64,000 bases of DNA from Candidatus Spongiisociaceae bacterium (GTDB taxonomy: Bacteria > Actinomycetota > Acidimicrobiia > Spongiisociales > Spongiisociaceae). This document shows positions 39,766-49,365 of this stretch, piece after piece. Each line of letters opens with the position of its first letter. Position 1 is the first letter of the stretch. The stretch lies in NCBI GenBank assembly GCA_965262915.1, contig OZ253564.1:1568001-1632000 (forward strand). Direction: 5' to 3'. A model generated the notes under the pieces. The model saw nothing but the letters and a program-made list of their open reading frames with translations, ran no database searches and was not told the origin of the DNA. A program made the position numbers and the translations under genes.

Positions 39766-41046
39766 TCAGCCGGACTTATCGACGATCCACACATCGGCCA
39801 CGTTCGTGCCGGTCTTCCCGATCCGCAGCAGGGCCCCGGCGCGTTCCAGATACGGGTAGGAGTCGCAGCCGGCCAGGTGCCGGCGGGCAACGTCGGGATC
39901 CGTCACCGTCCTGCCGTCCACGTACCCGCCCGCCGCGTCGGTGGGGCCGTCCACCCCGTCGGTGCCGACCGCCAGGAAGCGGTGGGTGGATCCGGCGATC
40001 TCGACTCCCGCGGCCACGGCGGCGTGCTGGTTGCGGCCGCCGCGCCCCTGTCCGGTCACCTCAACGGTGGTTTCCCCAGCCAGGACCCGGACGGTTCCCT
40101 CGGGCGTGGCGGCAAGGGCTCGGCCGACCGCTTCGCAGGCCGGTCCCGACAGGGGATCCTCGCCGAGCTCCGCCTCCAGCCCGGCATCGGTGAGATAGCC
40201 GGCGGCGGCCCTCCCGGCGGTGATGCCGTCGGCGAGGATGAGGGCCGGGCCCGCCCGGGACCGTTCCCGCCCGGCAACGGCTGGGGTGCGGGCCGATCTG
40301 CGGGCCCGCTCGGCCGCCGTACCCCGGATGGAGAACCTTTCGAACACCTCGGAGACATCGAGCGCGGTACGGGGGGCGGCCACGGTCGGGCCGGAAGCCA
40401 CAACCGCCGGGTCGCCGCCGACATCGGAGACGACCAGGGTGGCCACATTGCCCCGGCACCGAGCGGCCAGGCGTCCCGCCTTGACCTTGGACACCGCCTG
40501 CCGTACCCCGTTGATCACCTCGATAGGGGCGCCGGAGCGGATCAGCCGGTCGTTGAGGTCGCGCACGTCGTCGAGGTTCAGACCGTCGCTTGGTGCTTCG
40601 AGCAGCGCCGAGCCTCCTCCTGACACCAGGGCCAGGAGCAGCTCGCCCGGCGCCACCCGCTCGACCAGGGCGATGGCCGCATGCGCCGCCCGGACGCTCT
40701 CGCCGTCGGGGATCGGGTGGCCGGCCACGATCAGTTCCGCCCATCCGGGGACATCCCCCGCCTCGTCGGTCACCACCAATCCTCCCGAGATCAGGGAACC
40801 GAGCGCCTGGTCGGCTGCCCGACTCATTCCGACGGCCGCCTTCCCGAAGGCCAGCACCGCCACCCGTAGCGCCGCCAGCGGTTCTCCGTCCACCACCACG
40901 CTGTCCTCGCGGCGGATCAGCGCCTCCCGGACCAGACGGGCGGGTTCCACCGCGTCCAAGGCGGCGTCCAGCGCCTCCAAGAGGCGGAGCGTGGCGGCGG
41001 GGTCGGCCGTCCTCAGATCCCCAAGCCGGGCAGCGGCGGGTCCCAT
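39766..41046 (-). CDS. glycerate kinase type 2 (DUF4147/MOFRL)
   Basis: AFGKAA, LVSGGGSAL, ASGPT, GRGGRNQ, GTDGVDGP, TGTNVAD. Confidence 0.92.
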   Translation of the reverse strand: MGPAAARLGDLRTADPAATLRLLEALDAALDAVEPARLVREALIRREDSVVVDGEPLAALRVAVLAFGKAAVGMSRAADQALGSLISGGLVVTDEAGDVPGWAELIVAGHPIPDGESVRAAHAAIALVERVAPGELLLALVSGGGSALLEAPSDGLNLDDVRDLNDRLIRSGAPIEVINGVRQAVSKVKAGRLAARCRGNVATLVVSDVGGDPAVVASGPTVAAPRTALDVSEVFERFSIRGTAAERARRSARTPAVAGRERSRAGPALILADGITAGRAAAGYLTDAGLEAELGEDPLSGPACEAVGRALAATPEGTVRVLAGETTVEVTGQGRGGRNQHAAVAAGVEIAGSTHRFLAVGTDGVDGPTDAAGGYVDGRTVTDPDVARRHLAGCDSYPYLERAGALLRIGKTGTNVADVWIVDKSG

Positions 41047-41801
41047 CAGGGGGTGATCCTCTTGAACTCCTCCGCCGCGGTTAGGTCGGCCCCCGATCCC
41101 GCCGCTCGTGCCCGGGCGTGGATCTCGACCCGGAACGCCTCGGTGGCCTCCCCCGTACGTCCGGCGCCGTCCATGGTCGTGGTGGCTTGGCTGGAGTGCT
41201 TGAGCAACGCCTCCACCTTGCGATCGACGAAGCCTTCCACGTCCTCCCGGTGATCGGGCCGGTCGGCGGCCCACAGGAGGAGGGCGCCGGGGCGGTGATG
41301 GTCGATCCCGCCACCCAGCTGCTCGGGGAAGAAGAGATGGTCCCGGGCCGCCACCACCCCGTCCACGACCGCCCAGCCGGTGGCCCGGTGGTCGGGGTGC
41401 AGCATGTAGCGCCGCCACGGGTCGTGGGACAGCAACACATCGGGGCGCAGCCGGCGGATCCACGCGCACACGTCAGCCCGCAACTCCATCGAGTATTCGA
41501 GTTCGCCGTCCACGTGTCCGAGGTTGAAGGTGTCGACGACTCCGAGTGCGTCGGCCGCCCGCCGCTGCTCCTCGGCCCTGGTCCGGGCGAGTTCGGAAGG
41601 CGAGGCCGAGGGATCCCAGGATCCTTTGGATCCGTCGGTCAGGACCAGCACCGTTATGTGGGCGCCGCCCGCGGCCCACTTCGCGAGGGTGGCGCCGGCC
41701 CCGAACTCGGCGTCGTCGGGATGGGCCCCCACAGCCAGTACCCGGCGCGGTGGCGTCAGGTTGGTAGATGACCGATCCATTCCGGTGCGGTAGTCGACCA
41801 T
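41046..41801 (-). CDS. PIG-L family deacetylase
   Basis: AHPDDAE, HPDHR, HSSQ motifs. Confidence 0.92.
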   Translation of the reverse strand: MVDYRTGMDRSSTNLTPPRRVLAVGAHPDDAEFGAGATLAKWAAGGAHITVLVLTDGSKGSWDPSASPSELARTRAEEQRRAADALGVVDTFNLGHVDGELEYSMELRADVCAWIRRLRPDVLLSHDPWRRYMLHPDHRATGWAVVDGVVAARDHLFFPEQLGGGIDHHRPGALLLWAADRPDHREDVEGFVDRKVEALLKHSSQATTTMDGAGRTGEATEAFRVEIHARARAAGSGADLTAAEEFKRITP

Positions 41802-42430
41802 GAAACGAGCCTAGGCCGGTGCTGAGTAATCCGCGACTCGCCGTCCTTCGAGGGTAGATGCCCGGGCAGTGGTGCGACGGGCAAAGGGAATCGGGATCGT
41901 CCGCACTCTTCCTGCGCGGTCAGCCACCCGGAACGGAGGCGGTAGAGGTCTTACGATCCGGCAATCCTGCGGCTCTCAGCCCATCGGTTCGATTGGTATT
42001 GTACGAAAGGCGAATTCGGAGGTTAGGTAGTTGGCCCCATGTTCGTCGTGTTGCCAAAAGAGCCGATCTCCCCGGGGTTGGCTTGCCAGCGGCGAAGTAT
42101 TTTGCAGTTCCTGCAAGCCTGGACCGGAGGTCGCTGGGGCCCGCCTCAAACTCGATCCAGGCTTGGGCCGCTCACAATCACCGGCAACCCGACGGCGTAG
42201 GAAGCGGCCAACCATCCCACTACCAATCCTGTCATCCGCCTCTGCGGGAGGGACGACCAGTTGTCGGCTCGGCGAGGCCAGGTCGGTCGTCGATTATCGA
42301 CCGAACCTGCACCAGTTGGCGGCGTTGAGCAACCCATACGCCGATTTGACGGACATGTAACCAACGAATCCCGACGTAGATGGGCTGTCGGTGCTAGAAA
42401 AGGGGGTAGCGAACGCAGGAGGTTAGGTAG

Positions 42431-43306
42431 GTGTATCCATCCGCATTCGACTACTCGGCTCCCGAGTCCCTCGACGAGGCGCTGGCCACCCTCGGCGAGG
42501 TAGGGGACGAGGGTCGGGTTCTGGCCGGAGGTCAGAGCCTCATCCCGATGATGAAGCTCAGACTGGCGGTGCCCGACCACCTCGTCGACATCAACGGTGT
42601 GTCCGAGTTGTCATACATAAGCGAATCCAACGGCGATCTGGCCGTAGGCGCCCTCGCCCGCCACGCCGATATCGCCGCGTCCGATCTGGTGAGCCGTACC
42701 AACAGCACCATGGCGTCGGCCGCGCCGTGGATATCCGATCCCCTGGTGCGCAACCGGGGCACCTTGTGCGGTTCGGTGGCCCACTGCGACCCCGAGGGCG
42801 ACTGGAACTCGGTCATGCTGGCGGTGGGCGCCTCGGTGGTGGCCCGCTCGTCGTCGGGAGAGAGGGTGATACCGATCTCCGACTTCGTGGTGGACTTCTT
42901 CACCAACGCTCTCGACCCGGGGGAGATGGTCACCGAGGTGAGGGTGCCCAAATACTCGGGTCCGGCTGGTGGCGCGTACCTCAAGCTGGAGCGCAAGATC
43001 GGCGACTACGCCACCGTAGGTGTGGCGACCCATCTCGTTCTCGACGGCTCGGGCAACGTGGCGGAGGCCGGCTTGGGCCTCACCGCCGTTTACGGGCACA
43101 ACCTCAAGGTGACCGAGGCCGAGGCGATGATGGTGGGACAGACTCCCGGAGACGAACTCTTCTCCGAGGCCGCGGCGATCGCAGCCCGGACCTGCGATCC
43201 GGACAGCAATGTGAGGGGTCCGGCCGAGTACAAGCGGGCGGTGGTCGCCGAATACACCCGGCGCGGCTTCGCCCAGGCACTGGCAGCGGCGCGAGGGGAG
43301 GGCTGA
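42431..43306 (+). CDS. coxM: carbon monoxide dehydrogenase medium (FAD) subunit
   Basis: AGGQSLIPMMKLR, VRNRGTLCGS; first gene of an M-S-L operon. Confidence 0.9.
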   Translation: MYPSAFDYSAPESLDEALATLGEVGDEGRVLAGGQSLIPMMKLRLAVPDHLVDINGVSELSYISESNGDLAVGALARHADIAASDLVSRTNSTMASAAPWISDPLVRNRGTLCGSVAHCDPEGDWNSVMLAVGASVVARSSSGERVIPISDFVVDFFTNALDPGEMVTEVRVPKYSGPAGGAYLKLERKIGDYATVGVATHLVLDGSGNVAEAGLGLTAVYGHNLKVTEAEAMMVGQTPGDELFSEAAAIAARTCDPDSNVRGPAEYKRAVVAEYTRRGFAQALAAARGEG

Positions 43307-43767
43307 TGCAGATCACCACCACCGTAAACGGGACCAGCGAGACCAGGGATGTCGAGCCCCGTCGCCTGCTGGTCGACTTCATCCGTACCGACCTCGGCCT
43401 GACCGGCACCCACATCGGCTGCGACACGACTTCGTGCGGGGTCTGCACGGTGCTGTTCGACGGCCGGCCGGTCAAGTCCTGCACGATGTTCGCTGTCCAG
43501 GCCGACGGCAGGGAGATCACCACCGTGGAGGGCCTCGGGCAGAACGGGGGCCTGCACCCGGTCCAGGCGGCGTTCAAGCAGCATCACGGACTGCAGTGCG
43601 GCTTCTGCACGCCGGGCATGATGCTGGTGGGCGCCTCACTACTAGAGAGCAACCCCACGCCGACCGACGACGAGGTTCGCTGGGCGATCTCCGGCAATCT
43701 CTGCCGCTGTACGGGATACATGAACATCGTGACTGCCATCCAGGCAGCCGGTGGAGAGGGGAGCTGA
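43306..43767 (+). CDS. coxS: carbon monoxide dehydrogenase small (2Fe-2S) subunit
   Basis: GCDTTSCGVCT, QCGFCTPG, NLCRCTGY. Confidence 0.92.
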   Translation: MQITTTVNGTSETRDVEPRRLLVDFIRTDLGLTGTHIGCDTTSCGVCTVLFDGRPVKSCTMFAVQADGREITTVEGLGQNGGLHPVQAAFKQHHGLQCGFCTPGMMLVGASLLESNPTPTDDEVRWAISGNLCRCTGYMNIVTAIQAAGGEGS

Positions 43768-43768
43768 C

Positions 43769-46141
43769 ATGACGACAGTTCGCGAGCTACGCACCAGCCC
43801 CGAGGTGGGCGGGGTCGGCCACTCGGTGCTTCGCAAGGAGGACGACCGGTTCATCAGGGGCGCCGGCAACTATCTCGACGACCTCACCCTTCCCGGCATG
43901 CTGCACATGGCTATCCTGCGGTCCCCCGTGGCTCATGCCCGGATAGTGTCCATCGACTCCTCGGAGGCGATGGCCCTCGACGGCGTGCTGGCGGTCGTTA
44001 CCGGTGAGGCTCTGGCGGCGCACGGGCTGGCCTGGATGCCGACTCTGTCGGGCGACACGCAGGCCGTTCTTGCCACCGACAAGGTTCGGTTCCAGGGCCA
44101 GGAGGTCGCGGCGGTCATCGCCACCCATCCCTACATCGCCCGCGACGCCCTCCCGTTGATCGATGTCGACTACGAGGAACTCGAGGCGATCACCACGCCC
44201 CAGCAGTCCCTCGGCACTGACACCCTGATCCGGGACGACAAGGAAGGTCAGACCGACAACGTCGCCTACACATGGGCGGCGGGTGATCAGGACTCCACGG
44301 ACTCCGCCTTCGCGGCCGCAGCCAGGGTGGTGAGCCTCGACACCCACTACCCGCGGTCCCATCCGGCGCCGCTGGAGACGTGCGGGGTGGTCGCGGATGT
44401 CAACTCGATCACCGGGCAGTGCAACATCTACATGACCAGCCAGGCGCCCCACGCCATCAGGACGGTATTCGCCCTGGTAGCGGGGCTCCCGGAGGAGAAG
44501 ATCCGGATCATCACGTGCGACATCGGCGGAGGCTTCGGCAACAAGGTGCCGGTGTATCCGGGGTACGTGGTGGCCACGGCCGCCTCGCTGTTGATCGGCA
44601 AGCCGGTCAAGTGGATCGAGAGCCGCACCGAGAACCTGATCTCCACCGGTTTCGCCCGCGACTTCCACATGCACGCCGAGTTGGCGCTGGACGGGGACAA
44701 CCGGATCACCGCCATGCGGGCCGACATCCTCTCCGACCAGGGTGCTTTCTTCTCGGACGCGCAGCCCAGCAAGTTCCGGGCCGGATTGTTCCACATCTGC
44801 ACGGGCAGCTACGACTTCCCATCCGCTCATGTCACGGCCAAAGGCGCCTACACGAACAAGGCGCCCGGCGGGGTGGCCTACCGGTGCTCGTTCCGGGTGA
44901 CCGAGGCCTCCTACCTGATCGAGCGGTTGGTGGACAACGCCGCCCATGAGGTGGGGATGGACCCGACTGACTTCCGGGCCCTCAACTTCATCAACGCCGA
45001 CCAGTTCCCCTACCTGTCGCCCACCGGGTTCGTCTACGACTCGGGCGATTACCACGGGGCGATGGACCTGGCGAAGGAGATCATCGACTACGACGGTTGG
45101 CGGGCCCGCCAGGCGGAGCAGAACGCCGATCCCGACGCCACCAAGCTGATCGGTATCGGGGTGGCCTCCTTCACCGAGGTGGTGGGCGCCGGTCCCTCCC
45201 GCGAGTACGACATCCTGGGCCTCAAGATGTTCGACTCGGCCGAGTTACGGGTCCATCCGACCGGCAAGGCCATCCTGAAACTGGGTGTCCAGACCCAGGG
45301 CCAGGGGCACGAGACCACCTTTGCCCAGATCGTGGCCGAGGAGCTCGGGATCCCGTACTCGGACATCAAGGTCCAGTACGGCGACACCGACAACACGCCC
45401 TACGGCCTCGGTACGTACGCGTCTCGCTCCACCCCGGTGGGCGGGGCCGCCACGGCGATGGTCTCCCGCAAGCTGCGGGCCAAGGGCCAGAAGCTGGCCG
45501 CCCACCTGCTGGAGGCCGCCGAGGAGGACCTCGAGTGGGAGCCCGGCAAGTTCACCGTGCGTGGCACCGACCAGAGCGTCACCATCCAGGATGTGGCCTT
45601 CGCCGCCTACACCAACCATCCGGAAGGTATGGAGGCAGGTCTCGAAGGCGTCACCTACTACGACCCGCCCAACATGACCTACCCGTTCGGCACCTACATC
45701 GTGGTGGTGGAGGTCGACACCGGCGACGGGACGTGGAAGGTGCTGGACATGGCGGCGGTGGATGACTGCGGCGTGCGCATCAACCCGATGATCGTGGACG
45801 GCCAGATCACCGGCGGCCTTACCGAAGGGTTCGCCAAGGCCAACATGCAGTGGATCACGTTCGACGACGACGGCAACTGCATCGGGTCCAACTTCATGGA
45901 CTACCTGGTGCCGACGGCGTGGGAGACGCCCAAGTACAAACTGGGCGAGACCGTCACCCCGTCGCCCCATCACCCGATCGGGGCCAAGGGCGTGGGCGAG
46001 TCGGCCACGGTGGGTTCGCCGGCCGCTTTCACCAACGCGGTGATCGACGCTCTCTGGTCCAGGGGCGTGTCCAACATCGACATGCCGGTGCTTCCGCACC
46101 GCGTGTGGGGCGCGCTCAACGGTGTGGAGGCGGGTCCCTGA
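43769..46141 (+). CDS. coxL: aerobic carbon monoxide dehydrogenase large subunit, form I
   Basis: Form I active-site motif AYRCSFR; GGGFGNK, QGQGHETT, TYASRS. Confidence 0.95.
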   Translation: MTTVRELRTSPEVGGVGHSVLRKEDDRFIRGAGNYLDDLTLPGMLHMAILRSPVAHARIVSIDSSEAMALDGVLAVVTGEALAAHGLAWMPTLSGDTQAVLATDKVRFQGQEVAAVIATHPYIARDALPLIDVDYEELEAITTPQQSLGTDTLIRDDKEGQTDNVAYTWAAGDQDSTDSAFAAAARVVSLDTHYPRSHPAPLETCGVVADVNSITGQCNIYMTSQAPHAIRTVFALVAGLPEEKIRIITCDIGGGFGNKVPVYPGYVVATAASLLIGKPVKWIESRTENLISTGFARDFHMHAELALDGDNRITAMRADILSDQGAFFSDAQPSKFRAGLFHICTGSYDFPSAHVTAKGAYTNKAPGGVAYRCSFRVTEASYLIERLVDNAAHEVGMDPTDFRALNFINADQFPYLSPTGFVYDSGDYHGAMDLAKEIIDYDGWRARQAEQNADPDATKLIGIGVASFTEVVGAGPSREYDILGLKMFDSAELRVHPTGKAILKLGVQTQGQGHETTFAQIVAEELGIPYSDIKVQYGDTDNTPYGLGTYASRSTPVGGAATAMVSRKLRAKGQKLAAHLLEAAEEDLEWEPGKFTVRGTDQSVTIQDVAFAAYTNHPEGMEAGLEGVTYYDPPNMTYPFGTYIVVVEVDTGDGTWKVLDMAAVDDCGVRINPMIVDGQITGGLTEGFAKANMQWITFDDDGNCIGSNFMDYLVPTAWETPKYKLGETVTPSPHHPIGAKGVGESATVGSPAAFTNAVIDALWSRGVSNIDMPVLPHRVWGALNGVEAGP

Positions 46142-46154
46142 ACTTTAGGGCTCG

Positions 46155-47048
46155 GTGACCATCCTCCGGCAGGCGGCTCGCCTGCAGGAGGATGGGCGGG
46201 CCTTCGCGCTGGCGACCGTCACCTGGTCACGCGGGCCGTCGTCCGGCAAGGGCGGATCGAAGGCGATCATCCACCCGGACGGCCGGGTGGAAGGCTGGTT
46301 GGGAGGTGCCTGTGCAGCCCCGACCGTGGTTCGTCACGCTCTGGAGGCCCTCGGCGACGGCTCGGCACGGGTGCTGATGCTGGGCGAAGGTGACCTCCGG
46401 CCGGGTGTGACGGACGTGGCGATGGCCTGTGACAGCGAAGGCGCGATGGAGGTGTTCGTGGATCCGATCCTGCCGTCTCCCCACCTGATGGTCGTCGGGA
46501 CCTCACCGATGACGGACACCTTGAGACGGATCGCCGAAGCGGTCGGGTGGCGGGCCGAAGTGGTCACCGAAGTCGGGGACATCGGCGGGGCCGGCAAACG
46601 CTCCTACATCGTGGTGGCCACCCAGGGTCACTTCGACGAGCCCGCTCTGGAAGCGGCCCTCGCCACTCCGGCGGCGTATGTGGGTCTGGTGGCTTCCCAG
46701 AAGCGAGCATCGTCGGTGATCGCCTGGCTGCGGGAACGGGGGGTGTGTGAAGGGGCGCTGACGAGGGTGCATGCCCCGGCGGGTATGGATCTCGGTTCGA
46801 CCACCCACGAGGAGATCGCCGTCTCGGTGATGGCCGAGCTGGTGGCCTTCAAGGCGGCCGGAGCGGGAGCCCAGGTGGTGGACGTAGAGATGCCGCCCCA
46901 TGTGGTAGACCCGGTGTGCGGCATGTCGGTGGACATCGCCGCGGCGCGTTTTGTCAGCCACTACGCCGGAGCCGAGGTCTACTTCTGCGCCGCGGGCTGT
47001 CAACGAGCCTTCGAATCCGATCCGTCGGCCTACGGAAGGCCTCGTTAG
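46155..47048 (+). CDS. XdhC/CoxI-CoxF family maturation factor with C-terminal YHS domain
   Basis: GWLGGAC, YVGLVAS, APAGMDLG, EEIAVS; DPVCGM...YFC..GC. Confidence 0.88.
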   Translation: MTILRQAARLQEDGRAFALATVTWSRGPSSGKGGSKAIIHPDGRVEGWLGGACAAPTVVRHALEALGDGSARVLMLGEGDLRPGVTDVAMACDSEGAMEVFVDPILPSPHLMVVGTSPMTDTLRRIAEAVGWRAEVVTEVGDIGGAGKRSYIVVATQGHFDEPALEAALATPAAYVGLVASQKRASSVIAWLRERGVCEGALTRVHAPAGMDLGSTTHEEIAVSVMAELVAFKAAGAGAQVVDVEMPPHVVDPVCGMSVDIAAARFVSHYAGAEVYFCAAGCQRAFESDPSAYGRPR

Positions 47049-47103
47049 GGACCGATCCGATCCTTGACTCTCTCCAGCCGTACAGGCAACGCAAGGTTGT
47101 CAC

Positions 47104-47460
47104 CTACAGCCACCAGACCCAGGACTCTCCGGTAATGGGTGGACAGGCGACGAACTTTGACAGCGCAGCGATGACATTGCCGGGATAGGCGAGCGAGGCC
47201 CGGTTGAACCGGGTCGGGTTGGTGAAGATCACCCCCGCGTGGGCTGTGCCCGCGCTCGCCCGGCGAGTCATGAGAAGCGAGAAGACCCCTAGGTTCTCGG
47301 TAACCAGCACTCGGTCGGTGGCGGCGGCGTGGTCCAGCAGATCCGCGTCACTCAGTCCCCGCAGGGATGGTTCACCCGCCACGGCGATGACATCGATACC
47401 CTTCTCGGAGAGCGCCCCGCCAATGGTCGGCGAGTGCATCTCATCGAGCAGGAGCCTCAC
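47104..47460 (-). CDS. DUF5615 PIN-like toxin
   Basis: LLLDEM, SDADLL, RVLVTEN, HAGVI. Confidence 0.85.
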   Translation of the reverse strand: MRLLLDEMHSPTIGGALSEKGIDVIAVAGEPSLRGLSDADLLDHAAATDRVLVTENLGVFSLLMTRRASAGTAHAGVIFTNPTRFNRASLAYPGNVIAALSKFVACPPITGESWVWWL

Positions 47461-47879
47461 TTCCTGAGTAACGCCTGCCGGCGGGCCCAGGCAGCCTCGG
47501 CTTCGTCGGCGGCCCGCGCCCTTTCAGCGAGTTCGGCATCGATCTCGTCGGTGTAGTCCGCGTAGTAGGCGAGGCCTGCATCGACCATCGCAATGCTGAC
47601 TGCCATCAAGTCGGCCGCTCGGGCTCTTCGCTGCTCGACCGGAACGTCTCCGCCGACGATCGCGCCGATGACATCGGCCACTTCGGGCCCGCCGGCCAGC
47701 GCGGCCCGCCTCCCGGTCGGGCCCTCCCGGAAAACAACGGCGGGGTGGGCGTCCATTCGCAGTCCCTCGTCGATCAGCCGTTCGGCGAGTGCCGAGACCG
47801 CCTGCCGGCGTGACGACGCTCGCGCTTTGAGACGGTGGTAGGCGGCATCGTTGGAGAATCGAATGGACACAACCGGCAT
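47457..47879 (-). CDS. cognate antitoxin (RHH plus DUF433-like)
   Basis: EGLRMDAHP.VVFREGPTGRRAALAGGP, YYADYTDEID; overlaps toxin start. Confidence 0.8.
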   Translation of the reverse strand: MPVVSIRFSNDAAYHRLKARASSRRQAVSALAERLIDEGLRMDAHPAVVFREGPTGRRAALAGGPEVADVIGAIVGGDVPVEQRRARAADLMAVSIAMVDAGLAYYADYTDEIDAELAERARAADEAEAAWARRQALLRK

Positions 47880-47922
47880 GACTACAGTGTAGTCAGTTGT
47901 ATTCACACCCTTGAAGGTCGAT

Positions 47923-48402
47923 TCAGCCCTTCCCGACCTCTCCGGCCAGCACTTCTTCTAACGAGAGCGGCGTGGCATGTTCTCGGGCCAGTCGGCGAGT
48001 TGGATAAGCGTCCCGTGGGCGCTGGACGGATAGATGGATCACTCGCTCCAGACACCCGGATCGTCGTAGAGCCCGACCACCTTCAGCCCGCCGGGCGGCG
48101 TCGCTCACCGACGACACCTTGAAGGTGAGGTGGTGCACGCCCTCGCCTCTCGACTGAAGGAACCGCCGGAGGAAGCAATCGTCCGAGACGGGGGCGAGGG
48201 CTTCGATCTTGGCGCCGCCCGGCAGCCGGTAGTGGATCCACCTGAAACCCTGCCTGGCGTTGTCGGCCCCCGTGATGAAGGTACCTCCCAGTAGCTGGAA
48301 TAGCCGAGCCGCCGCCCGGAGGTCGTGCACTCCCGGGGCGACGTGGTCGAGGTAGTCGATCAGATCGGTCAGCGGTTCCAGGTGTTCGGGAAGGTCGAGC
48401 AT
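47923..48402 (-). pseudogene. VOC family (methylmalonyl-CoA epimerase-like), C-terminus frameshifted
   Basis: LDHVA, RGEGVHHLTF in frame; expected IYPSSAHGTLIQL lies in another frame after a TGA. Confidence 0.7.
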
Positions 48403-48559
48403 GGTTCCAACATCTCCGGGATGGCGCGAGAATCCGACGCCCCCGCGTCGGGAGGCACCGGATCTCACTGTCTGTCGGGTCCGACCGACCGGGCGGCCGG
48501 ACGATATTTTCTGTCTAGCTACTGGCGGGCATACCCTCGGTTGGGCCGATGTGCCTCTC

Positions 48560-48700
48560 GTAGACCTCGTCGAGCCCCCTGCGATGTCGGCTATGTACAC
48601 TGTGTCCCCGCGCCTGGCCAACCGCTCGGCGATGCCCCGTCCGATTCCTCTCGCGCCACCGGTTGCCAGAGCCCCGATAGGGCGACCCGCTACCCACTCA
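48560..48700 (-). pseudogene. SDR N-terminal fragment
   Basis: TGGARGIGRGIAERLARRGDTVYIADI, then similarity ends. Confidence 0.6.
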
Positions 48701-48748
48701 TGGCCCCTCCGCCGGCAGCCGCAGTCATTAGCGCAGAGTGGTCAGCCG

Positions 48749-49357
48749 TCACCTGACCCCTTCCGTATCCAAACCCCGCTCGGTCAGCCAGGCGCCTCTG
48801 GGATGGCGGGCCGCCACCGAGAGATCGGCCGGCCGGTCGATATCGAGGGCGAACCCGAGCGAGGCGAGCACGACGGGAAGGTGGCCGCTGTGCAGATGGC
48901 GGTGGAAGCTGGCCACACCGTAGGAGAACGGGAAAGGGCCCGAACCGCCCAAGGCCGGGGTTCCCCCGTCGTACGAGAAGGCTACGACATGGCCGCCGGC
49001 TCGGACCGGCTCCAAAGCCCTGCCCACCTCTACCGCTGTGAGGCAGGGTAGGTCGGAGTGCAGGATCAACCACGGTCGCCCCGCCGCGTAGCGGACGGCT
49101 TCTGCGGCCGCTCCGTCCAGACCCCCGCCCGGCGGATCGGCCAGGACATGGAGGTTCCGGGAGGCCGCCCACTCCCTCACGTCGGGCGAGGATGAGACGA
49201 TCAGCGGCACCGGGCCCGCCCGCTCGACCACGCCGGCGGTGCGGGAGGCCAGGGCCCGGGCGAGGAGGGCCCGGGCCGTAGGATCCAGCGCGGCCGCCAG
49301 CCTCCGGAAGGCGTCCCGGAAGGATCGGATGGGCAGCGCGACCACCGGGTCCTGCAT
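48749..49357 (-). CDS. cofC: 2-phospho-L-lactate/PEP guanylyltransferase (F420 biosynthesis)
   Basis: LPIRSF....RL, HSDLP, DGGT, FSYG..SF.RH, LDIDRPADL. Confidence 0.85.
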   Translation of the reverse strand: MQDPVVALPIRSFRDAFRRLAAALDPTARALLARALASRTAGVVERAGPVPLIVSSSPDVREWAASRNLHVLADPPGGGLDGAAAEAVRYAAGRPWLILHSDLPCLTAVEVGRALEPVRAGGHVVAFSYDGGTPALGGSGPFPFSYGVASFHRHLHSGHLPVVLASLGFALDIDRPADLSVAARHPRGAWLTERGLDTEGVR

Positions 49358-49365
49358 CCTTGACC

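Noticed and set aside
41820-42400. Short ORFs upstream of coxM
   Set aside because: No recognisable motif; probably a decayed foreign gene, so no call made.
48040-48050. In-frame TGA in the VOC gene as selenocysteine
   Set aside because: It is flanked by frameshifts and not at a Cys position; decay is the simpler explanation.
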